This document shows, piece after piece, positions 56,824-64,000 of a stretch of DNA of 64,000 bases. This DNA is from an uncultured Eubacteriales bacterium (GTDB lineage: Bacteria; Bacillota; Clostridia; Oscillospirales; CAG-382), in NCBI GenBank assembly GCA_900548115.1, contig URJL01000003.1, positions 4,794 through 68,793 on the forward strand. Direction: 5' to 3'. Position 1 is the stretch's first letter, and each line of letters begins with the position of its first letter. The position numbers and the translations under genes were made by a program. The notes under the pieces were generated by a model. The model did not search any database and was not told where the DNA came from. It worked only from the letters and a program-made list of their open reading frames with translations.

Positions 56824-57721
56824 CGTTTGCTTCCTCCTTGTTCTTCATATTTTCCTCGTTTTCTTCGTTTCCGTTTTCTTCGTCTTCGTCCTCTTCGCCG
56901 CGTACAAGACGGGTGCTGACCTCGCCCGTGCGGAGAATGTCGGTGGTTCCGTCGGCGTATTGGACATAAAGCGCCGCGTCGTCGTCTATCCCCAAGACCT
57001 TTGCGCGCCGAACCGTGTCGCCGCGGAGAACGTCGACCTCCTTGCCGATGATGACCGAGAGCGAGCGGTATTCGTTCAGCAGTTCCTCCCGTGCGTTTTC
57101 GTCCTTGTCGGCAAGGCATTTTTCAAGCTGATTGAGTATTTCGGCGCACAGCTCGTTTTTGGAGAAGGCAACCTTCGTAAAGTCGGAAAGCGAGGCGGCA
57201 ATTTCGGATACGTCGCCCGAAAAACCGCCCTTGGGGGAGGATACGTTGATTCCGATGCCGAGAACGGTAAAATCTGCTTTCCCTTTCAAAACGACCCGCT
57301 CCGCCAGAATGCCGCAGAGCTTTTTGCCCTCGTAATAAATGTCGTTGACCCACTTTACACCGACGGCAAGACCCGTAAGCGAGCGGATCGCACGGGCGAC
57401 CGCCACGGCAGCGCGAACGGTAAGCCCGATGGGATCGCAGGCGACGCGCCGGTCGAACAGGAGCGTGCTCATATAAAGTCCGCCCTTGGGCGAGAGAAAC
57501 GTGCGCCCGAGCCGTCCGCGCCCCGAAAGCTGTGTTTCGGAAACGACGGTAAAGCCGTCGTCCAGAATTTCGCTGCGTTGTTTGATATAGAGATTGGTGG
57601 AGCCGACCGATTGCAAAACGGCAAGGGTCGACCCGATGACGACCGTATCGAGCTGCGAGGATATCGCCGCAACGGAAAGCGGCATGCCCGCCGCAATGCA
57701 GTTTTTCGGTTCTTCAGCCAT
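56807..57721 (-). CDS. birA: biotin--[acetyl-CoA-carboxylase] ligase (no N-terminal HTH) with an acidic C-terminal tail
   Basis: GRGRLGRTFLSPKGGLYMS and KWVNDIYYEGKKLCGIL. The tail EEDEDEENGNEENEENMKNKEEANDEH overlaps the cdaA start by 17 nt. Confidence 0.85.
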   Translation of the reverse strand: MAEEPKNCIAAGMPLSVAAISSQLDTVVIGSTLAVLQSVGSTNLYIKQRSEILDDGFTVVSETQLSGRGRLGRTFLSPKGGLYMSTLLFDRRVACDPIGLTVRAAVAVARAIRSLTGLAVGVKWVNDIYYEGKKLCGILAERVVLKGKADFTVLGIGINVSSPKGGFSGDVSEIAASLSDFTKVAFSKNELCAEILNQLEKCLADKDENAREELLNEYRSLSVIIGKEVDVLRGDTVRRAKVLGIDDDAALYVQYADGTTDILRTGEVSTRLVRGEEDEDEENGNEENEENMKNKEEANDEHAV

Positions 57722-57771
57722 GGGATCACCTCATCTTTTTTTGGATTTGTCGTTCGGTTTGCGCGCGTCCT

Positions 57772-58932
57772 TTACGCGCCGGGTATGGTCATATCAAAGT
57801 CGATGATACGGGCGAGAATAAAATTCGAAACATACATGCCCTCGGGGGAGAAGGCGTAGCCCTTCTCGGTTCGGCGAATGTGCCCCGAGCGGATGAACGG
57901 TTCCATTTTGGGAAGATACAACGTCTCGAAATCCCGTCCGAAAAGCTTGTGGAAGGTCTCGAGATCGACGCCGTCGCTCAGCCGCATGCGCAGCATGACA
58001 TATTCGCCGATGCGCGAGGCGCGGGGAATGTCGATCATTTCGTCGATGATGCTCTCGGCTGCCCCCTTTTCGGAAAAGGAGTCGATGTAAAGACGCAAGT
58101 CTTTTTTAAACGAAAAGCGCTTGCCCGCAAAATACGAGTGCGCCGCGGGACCGATGCCGAGATACTCGTCGCCGTTCCAGTATTTGATGTTGTGGCGGCA
58201 GTAACGGTCCTTTTTGGCAAAATTGGAAATTTCATAATGAAAATAACCGTTTTGCAAAAGCATTTCGCGCGAGACGAAATACATATCGCGTTCCGTGTCC
58301 TCGTCGGGCAGAGGAAGCGTGTCCCGTCGCTCGAAAAAGGGTGTTCCCGGCTCGACCTTCAGCCCGTAAAACGAGATGTGCTCCGCGCCCAGCTTGAGCG
58401 CGGTATTAAGACTGCCGATGAGATCGGCGGGCGACTGTTCGGGAAGCCCGAACATAAGGTCGAGATTGATGTTGTCAAAGCCCGCTTTGCGCGCCGCGGA
58501 AAAGGCGGCGATATTTTCTTTCACATCGTGTACCCGCCCGCAGACCTTCAGGTCGCGGTCGCAGAAGCTCTGCGTGCCGAGACTCAGACGGTTCACGCCC
58601 GCCTTGCGAAAAGCTTTCAGCTTTTTCGGGTCAACCGTTCCGGGGTTTGCCTCGACCGTGACTTCGGCTTTTTTTGTGACATTGAAATCCCGATACAGCT
58701 GATGAAACAGACGGTCGATCTGCTTTTCGTTCAAAAGCGAAGGCGTCCCGCCGCCGAGAAAAACGGTGTCGACCGCATAATCGGCGGTTTGCAGACCGTA
58801 TTCGTCGAGCTGTGCGAAAAGCGCATCAAGATATTCGTTCGGAACTTCGCCTTGCGGGAGCGAATAGAAATCACAATAGAGACATTTTTTCAGGCAGAAC
58901 GGGATGTGAATATATAATCCCAGTTTTTTCAT
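57772..58932 (-). CDS. hemW: radical SAM heme chaperone HemW (HemN-like)
   Basis: IPFCLKKCLYCDF, FLGGGTPS, and a C-terminal HemN_C-like region. Confidence 0.88.
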   Translation of the reverse strand: MKKLGLYIHIPFCLKKCLYCDFYSLPQGEVPNEYLDALFAQLDEYGLQTADYAVDTVFLGGGTPSLLNEKQIDRLFHQLYRDFNVTKKAEVTVEANPGTVDPKKLKAFRKAGVNRLSLGTQSFCDRDLKVCGRVHDVKENIAAFSAARKAGFDNINLDLMFGLPEQSPADLIGSLNTALKLGAEHISFYGLKVEPGTPFFERRDTLPLPDEDTERDMYFVSREMLLQNGYFHYEISNFAKKDRYCRHNIKYWNGDEYLGIGPAAHSYFAGKRFSFKKDLRLYIDSFSEKGAAESIIDEMIDIPRASRIGEYVMLRMRLSDGVDLETFHKLFGRDFETLYLPKMEPFIRSGHIRRTEKGYAFSPEGMYVSNFILARIIDFDMTIPGA

Positions 58933-58955
58933 AATATCCTCGATTTTTGTAAAAA

Positions 58956-60764
58956 TCAGTCTTCATCAAATTTCAAGACTGCCATGAACGCCTCCTGCGG
59001 CACTTCCACGCTGCCGAAGGAGCGCATGCGCTTTTTGCCTTCTTTCTGCTTTTCAAGAAGCTTTTTCTTTCGGGTGATATCGCCGCCGTAGCATTTGGCA
59101 AGCACGTCCTTGCGAAGGGCTTTTACCGTTTCGCGGGCGATGACTTTTCCGCCGATCGCCGCCTGAATCGGAATTTCGAAAAGCTGGCGCGGGATGTTGT
59201 CCTTTAATTTTTCGGCAATGCGGCGGGCGCGCGCATAGGCTTTGTCGGTGTGGACAATGAAGGAGAGCGCGTCGACCGCCTCGCCGTTTAAAAGAATGTC
59301 GAGCTTGACAAGGCTCGAGCGCTCGTAGCCGTTCAGCTCATAGTCGAGCGAGGCATAGCCCTTGCTTCGGGATTTGAGCGCGTCGAAAAAGTCGTAGACA
59401 ATCTCATTTAAGGGGAGAAAATAGTGAAGCTCCGCGCGGGTCGGGTCGAGATATTTCATGTCCTTGAAGGTGCCGCGGCGATCCTGACAAAGCTCCATGA
59501 TACCGCCGACATATTCGGTCGGCGTGATGATGCTCGCCTTGACGATCGGTTCGCTTGCGAATTCGCATTCGTCGGCGGCGGGGAAATTGGCGGGGTTGTC
59601 GATATAGTATTCACTTCCGTCGTGGCGGGTGATCTTGTAAATAACGCTCGGTGCGGTGGTGATGAGGTCAAGGTTGAATTCGCGCTCCAGGCGCTCTTCG
59701 ATGACCTCCATGTGCAAAAGCCCCAAAAAGCCGCAGCGGAAGCCGAAGCCCAGCGCAACCGATGTCTCGGGCTCGAAGGTGAGCGAAGCGTCGTTGAGAC
59801 AAAGCTTTTCGAGCGCGTCGCGAAGATCGCCGTAGCGCGCGCCGTCGGCGGGATAAATACCGCTGAACACGACAGGCAGCGCCTTTTTAAATCCGGGCAG
59901 CGCTTCCGAGGCGGGATTGTCGCGCAGCGTTACGGTATCGCCGACGCGCGTGTCCGAAACGGTTTTGATGGCGGCGGTGATATAGCCGACCTCGCCCGCA
60001 TACAAGACGTCGGTCTTCGAAAGACCGAAGGGGCGAAGAAAGCCGACTTCGTTTACTTCGTAGGTGATGCCGTTCGACATCATTTGAATGACGTCGCCCG
60101 CTCTTACCGCACCGTCGTACAGACGGATATAGACGACGACGCCGCGGTACGAGTCGTAATAGGAGTCGAAGATCAAAGCCTTTAACGGCTTGTCGGAATC
60201 ACCCTTCGGCGCGGGGATCGTTTTTACGACCTGTTCGAGCACCTTGTCGATGTTGATGCCCGCCTTTGCCGAAACGCAGGGCGCTTCGTCGGCGGGAATG
60301 CCGATGACATCCTCCACCTCTTTTTTCACCTTTTCGGGATCGGCGGAGGGAAGGTCGATCTTGTTAATGACGGGAACGATCTCAAGATCGTTGTCGAAGG
60401 CAAGATAAGCGTTCGCCATGGTCTGCGCTTCGATGCCCTGCGTCGCGTCGATGACGAGCAGTGCGCCTTCACACGCTTTGAGCGAGCGCGACACTTCGTA
60501 GTTAAAGTCGACGTGACCGGGGGTGTCGATCAGGTTGAGAATATAGTGTTCGCCCTCGTAGGTGTAATCCAGCTTTACGGCGCGCGCCTTGATGGTGATG
60601 CCGCGTTCGCGCTCGAGATCCATGTTGTCGAGAAGCTGATCTTCCATCTCGCGCTTTGCCACCGTGTCGGTAAGCTCCAGAATGCGGTCGGCAAGCGTCG
60701 ATTTTCCGTGGTCGATGTGGGCGATGATACAGAAATTGCGAATATGCGATAAATCCTTGGACAT
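58956..60764 (-). CDS. lepA: translation elongation factor 4
   Basis: [27 protein letters not shown], and the LepA-specific C-terminus ...[27 protein letters not shown]. Confidence 0.95.
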   Translation of the reverse strand: MSKDLSHIRNFCIIAHIDHGKSTLADRILELTDTVAKREMEDQLLDNMDLERERGITIKARAVKLDYTYEGEHYILNLIDTPGHVDFNYEVSRSLKACEGALLVIDATQGIEAQTMANAYLAFDNDLEIVPVINKIDLPSADPEKVKKEVEDVIGIPADEAPCVSAKAGINIDKVLEQVVKTIPAPKGDSDKPLKALIFDSYYDSYRGVVVYIRLYDGAVRAGDVIQMMSNGITYEVNEVGFLRPFGLSKTDVLYAGEVGYITAAIKTVSDTRVGDTVTLRDNPASEALPGFKKALPVVFSGIYPADGARYGDLRDALEKLCLNDASLTFEPETSVALGFGFRCGFLGLLHMEVIEERLEREFNLDLITTAPSVIYKITRHDGSEYYIDNPANFPAADECEFASEPIVKASIITPTEYVGGIMELCQDRRGTFKDMKYLDPTRAELHYFLPLNEIVYDFFDALKSRSKGYASLDYELNGYERSSLVKLDILLNGEAVDALSFIVHTDKAYARARRIAEKLKDNIPRQLFEIPIQAAIGGKVIARETVKALRKDVLAKCYGGDITRKKKLLEKQKEGKKRMRSFGSVEVPQEAFMAVLKFDED

Positions 60765-60922
60765 TGTCGTTCGGGAATCCTTTCGGTCATTTTTTCTGCG
60801 GTGAACAAAGGGCGGGAAAACGAAAGAATCGCCCTTTTACAAATAACTATATAATTATATACCAAAACCCGCGTTTGCGCAAGGGGAAAGAGGATATTTT
60901 TTGACACTTTTTCAAAATTCTC

Positions 60923-60951
60923 TTGCATAAATACGGGAATTGTTTTATAAT
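60923..60951 (+). promoter_or_regulatory. sigma-70-type promoter candidate for the cysteine desulfurase-murE unit
   Basis: TTGCAT (60923-60928), 17-nt spacer, TATAAT (60946-60951). Confidence 0.5.
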
Positions 60952-61014
60952 GGTCGCATAGAATGGCGGTGAGGAATATCAAACAACGCCGCCCTTAAAA
61001 CCGAGGAATTTACT

Positions 61015-62151
61015 ATGATTTATTTGGATAACGCCGCCACGACCCGTGTTTCGGAGGCGGCGGCACGAGAGGCTGTGCGCGTCATGCGCGACGCCTACGG
61101 CAACCCTTCGAGCGTGCACGACTTCGGATACGAATCGGCAAAGGCGTTAAAGAGCGCGCGCAAAGCGGTTCTGTCGGCACTCGGCAGTAACGATCGGGGG
61201 GACGAACTGTTTTTTACATCGGGCGGAACCGAGTCGAACAATCTTGCGATTTTTGGAGCGCTCAAAACCCACCGCCACGGTGGGAAAACCGTTTTCTTCT
61301 CCGATTCGGAGCATGCGTCGAATTACCGTATCGCACAGACGCTTGCCGAAAACGGGTATAACGTGCGCTTTATCCCCACAAGGGGCGGAAAGCTCGACCT
61401 TGATTTCTGCCGCGAAAACTTTTCGAAGGATACCGTTTTGATCTCCTGCATGTGCGCCAACAACGAAACGGGCGCACTTTACGATATTGCGGCGCTGAAT
61501 GAGCTTCGAAACGCGCTTTGCCCCGCGACGATTCTGCACACCGACGGCGTCCAGGCTTTCTGCAAGACCGACTTTTCGCTCTGCTCGACGGGCGCTGACC
61601 TCATTTCGGTCAGCGGGCACAAGATCCACGCGCCGAAGGGCGTGGGCGCATTGTACGTAAAAAAAGGAGTGCGCATTGCGGGCATTCTTTGCGGAGGAGG
61701 GCAGGAAAAGGACATCCGCCCGGGAACCGAAGCACTGCCATCGATCTGTGCGACGGCGGTCGCGGCGGAGGAGGTAAACCGCGCCGAAAACCGCGCGCAT
61801 GTTGCGTACCTTGCACGGTATCTTTCCGAAAGGATTGCGGCGGAATTGCCCGAGGTGACGGAAAACCGTCCCGCGGCGGCACTGCCGTATGTCGTTTCGC
61901 TGACGCTTCCGTCCGTAAAAAGCGAAGTGATGCTGCGCTATCTTTCGGCAAAAGAAATTTACGTCTCGGCAGGCTCCGCCTGCTCATCCAAGCATCGCGA
62001 AAACCGTGTTCTTTCTGCGTTCGGACTGGATCCGAAAAGTGCTGACTGCACGATTCGCGTAAGCTTTTGCGAAACCAACACGACCGAAGAGATCGACACC
62101 TTTGTCGGGGCGCTGCGCGACGGGATCCGCTCGCTCGCGTCGCTTCGGTAA
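61015..62151 (+). CDS. cysteine desulfurase (class V aminotransferase, NifS/IscS-like)
   Basis: IYLDNAATT, SGGTESNN, PLP-lysine motif SVSGHKIHAPKGVGALY, active-site loop SAGSACSS. Confidence 0.85.
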   Translation: MIYLDNAATTRVSEAAAREAVRVMRDAYGNPSSVHDFGYESAKALKSARKAVLSALGSNDRGDELFFTSGGTESNNLAIFGALKTHRHGGKTVFFSDSEHASNYRIAQTLAENGYNVRFIPTRGGKLDLDFCRENFSKDTVLISCMCANNETGALYDIAALNELRNALCPATILHTDGVQAFCKTDFSLCSTGADLISVSGHKIHAPKGVGALYVKKGVRIAGILCGGGQEKDIRPGTEALPSICATAVAAEEVNRAENRAHVAYLARYLSERIAAELPEVTENRPAAALPYVVSLTLPSVKSEVMLRYLSAKEIYVSAGSACSSKHRENRVLSAFGLDPKSADCTIRVSFCETNTTEEIDTFVGALRDGIRSLASLR

Positions 62152-62169
62152 AGCGAAAAGGAGAAAAAT

Positions 62170-63663
62170 ATGACGCTTGATTCGGCAAAAACAGCGCTGG
62201 GAGCGCTCCTAACCAAAGAACATATCGGTGGGAAACCCGAATTCACATCACTTTGCTATGATTCAAGAAAGGCGACCGACGGTGCGCTTTTCGTATGCCT
62301 TGTCGGAGCGCTTTCCGACGGACACAAATTCATACTCTCCGCCGTCTCGGCGGGCGCTTCGGGACTGGTCGTTTCGGACGAGGGGGCATATGACGCGGCG
62401 GTGCGGGAACATCCCGAATGTACGGTGCTGCTCGTATCCGACACACGGCGCGCGCTTGCGCTCCTGGCGGCGTTGTTTTTCGATTATCCCGCAAAATCCC
62501 TCTTTACGGTAGGAATTACGGGAACAAAGGGAAAGACCAGCACCTCGTTCATGATTCGTGCCATACTGAAAAACGCCGGCTTTTCGGTCGGTGTTATCGG
62601 AACGACGGGAATCTATTACGGCGATCGATACGAATACATCGACAATTCCACACCGGAAAGCTATGAATTGCACCGTATATTCCGTGAAATGGTAAATAAC
62701 GGCATTACGCATGTCGTTATGGAGGTCTCATCGCAGGCGCTGATGATGCACCGAACCTACGGGATCGACTTTGACATCGGCGTTTTTACCAACATTTCGC
62801 CCGACCATATCGGGCAGCACGAGCACTCCGATTTCGAACAATATCTTGCGTGCAAGCTCATGCTTTTTGCGCAGTGTAAAAAAGCGGTGATCAACGCGGA
62901 TACCGACCGCGTCTCCGACGTAAGGAACGCAATCGGAAAGGCGAATATTCCGTATGTAACCTATGCCGTTCATGATGAAAATGCCGATTTCTTCGGAGAA
63001 AACGCCTCCTTCGAAATTACCGACTGCCTGTCGACTTCGTTTGATATACGCGGACTCGGACGGGTTCATGTCAACACGCCCGGCGAGTTTTCGGTGTACA
63101 ACGCCCTTGCGGCGGCAAGTGTTTCCATGACGGCGGGCGCCGCTTTTTCCGATGTGCAAAGCGGTCTTCGGGAGGTTCATGTCTTCGGAAGGGTCGAACC
63201 GGTGCGCCACCCGCGCTGCCCCTTCGCCGTCATCATCGACTATGCGCATAATGCGCTGAGCCTTGAAAGCCTTTACCGCTCGATCATGAGCTATCATCCG
63301 AAGCGCATTCTCACCGTGTTCGGTTGCGGCGGCGACCGTTCCAAGCTTCGCCGCTACGATATGGGCGAGATCGCGGGAAAATACTCCGATCTTTCGTTTA
63401 TCACGTCGGACAATCCGCGCACCGAGAAAGTATCGGATATAATTTCCGACATTTTAGTAGGAATAAAAAAAACAAGCGGCGCGTACGTCATTATCGAAGA
63501 CCGAAAAGAGGCGATCTGCCGCGCACTTTCCGAAGCCAAGACGGGTGACATTGTTCTTTTGGTCGGAAAGGGCAATCAGCTTTATGAGGAGATCGGACAC
63601 GAAAAGATCCCGTTTGATGAACGTGAGGTTGTGAAGGAGTATTTTGATTCGCTCAAAAACTAA
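62170..63663 (+). CDS. murE: UDP-N-acetylmuramoyl-L-alanyl-D-glutamate--2,6-diaminopimelate ligase
   Basis: GITGTKGKTST, Mur ligase middle domain, GCGGDRSKLRRY, and the DAP-type DNPRTE motif. Confidence 0.9.
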   Translation: MTLDSAKTALGALLTKEHIGGKPEFTSLCYDSRKATDGALFVCLVGALSDGHKFILSAVSAGASGLVVSDEGAYDAAVREHPECTVLLVSDTRRALALLAALFFDYPAKSLFTVGITGTKGKTSTSFMIRAILKNAGFSVGVIGTTGIYYGDRYEYIDNSTPESYELHRIFREMVNNGITHVVMEVSSQALMMHRTYGIDFDIGVFTNISPDHIGQHEHSDFEQYLACKLMLFAQCKKAVINADTDRVSDVRNAIGKANIPYVTYAVHDENADFFGENASFEITDCLSTSFDIRGLGRVHVNTPGEFSVYNALAAASVSMTAGAAFSDVQSGLREVHVFGRVEPVRHPRCPFAVIIDYAHNALSLESLYRSIMSYHPKRILTVFGCGGDRSKLRRYDMGEIAGKYSDLSFITSDNPRTEKVSDIISDILVGIKKTSGAYVIIEDRKEAICRALSEAKTGDIVLLVGKGNQLYEEIGHEKIPFDEREVVKEYFDSLKN

Positions 63664-63683
63664 AACACAGTAAAACAATAGGA

Positions 63684-63716
63684 AAAGTCCCGTCTTTCGG
63701 CGGGACTTTATTTTTG
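63684..63716. terminator. intrinsic terminator between convergent genes
   Basis: Stem AAAGTCCCG (63684-63692) / CGGGACTTT (63701-63709), then ATTTTT. Confidence 0.7.
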
Positions 63717-63731
63717 AATAAAAAGAACCGG

Positions 63732-64000
63732 TCAATACAGGCGGTTTCCTCCCGAATTTTGCTTTTCTTTGCAGATCTCGAAAAGCTCCTCCATGCGTTT
63801 TCCGCCGCGGGAATATCCGAGGTCAAGCTCCAGCGCGGGAACAATCAGGTCGCGTGTCTCCTGATTCGGCGAACCGAGAACGTGCTGGGCGTAATAGACC
63901 GAGTATTCGTGTTCGATCGACGTCGCACAGTAAGCGCCCGCCGCTCCGCCCCAACCGAAGTCATACACTTCGGAACCGGCAAGCGGACAGCGCACACCCA
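63732..64000 (-). CDS. serine hydrolase / beta-lactamase-family protein, C-terminal part (5' end outside the window)
   Basis: The frame is open to the window edge. ...YDFGWGGAAGAYCATSIEHEYSVYYAQHVLG... resembles the C-terminal region of class C beta-lactamase-like esterases. Confidence 0.55.
   Translation of the reverse strand, partial: GVRCPLAGSEVYDFGWGGAAGAYCATSIEHEYSVYYAQHVLGSPNQETRDLIVPALELDLGYSRGGKRMEELFEICKEKQNSGGNRLY

Noticed and set aside
56729-58917. + strand ORFs of 376 and 345 aa opposite birA and hemW.
   Set aside because: These are shadow ORFs. The - strand products have the GRGRxGR and CxxxCxxC radical SAM signatures.
60808-60838. Hairpin AAAGGGCG...CGCCCTTT between lepA and the cysteine desulfurase gene.
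   Set aside because: There is no upstream + strand gene for it to terminate, and on the - strand it lies in the lepA leader without a U-tract. I cannot assign a role, so it is not called.

Overview
High-GC (visually about 55-60%) chromosomal segment from a spore-forming Firmicute, probably Clostridia or Oscillospirales-like; this is inferred from yabN-yabO-yabP-yabQ synteny and recJ-relA-dtd-hemZ order. I found no rRNA, tRNA, CRISPR array, integrase or prophage. Most of the window is densely packed core genes. On the + strand: rlmH, a heterodimeric ABC exporter pair, gap, an ECF sigma/anti-sigma pair, a five-gene amino-sugar-like operon ending in nagB-nagA, glucokinase, asnS, purB, a cysteine desulfurase and murE. 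On the - strand: kdgK, recG, a GH78-like and a GH31 hydrolase, mscL, hpt, tsaB, mreB, the yab sporulation cluster, hup, hemZ, dtd, relA, recJ, cdaA-cdaR, birA, hemW and lepA. Many long antisense ORFs in the track are shadow ORFs of these genes. Several operons sit behind near-consensus TTGnnn-17-TATAAT promoters. The most unusual item is a roughly 1,630-aa ORF (28705-33600, - strand) with its own promoter. Its stop overlaps the start of an orphan mreB paralogue. By my memory-based alignment it has the layout of the DUF4011/Upf1-like SF1 helicase giants, but Walker A, Walker B and other catalytic motifs are replaced, so it is a candidate pseudo-helicase in a three-gene operon with MreB and a metallophosphoesterase. 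Two small AT-richer islets hold gene wreckage. One is an internally deleted GGDEF cyclase behind two tandem-repeat arrays (21530-21993). The other is an internally deleted Y1/RAYT-like transposase whose deletion junction is a perfect 13-bp-stem palindrome (39583-39904). All family assignments come from reading the translations and motifs; no database search was run.
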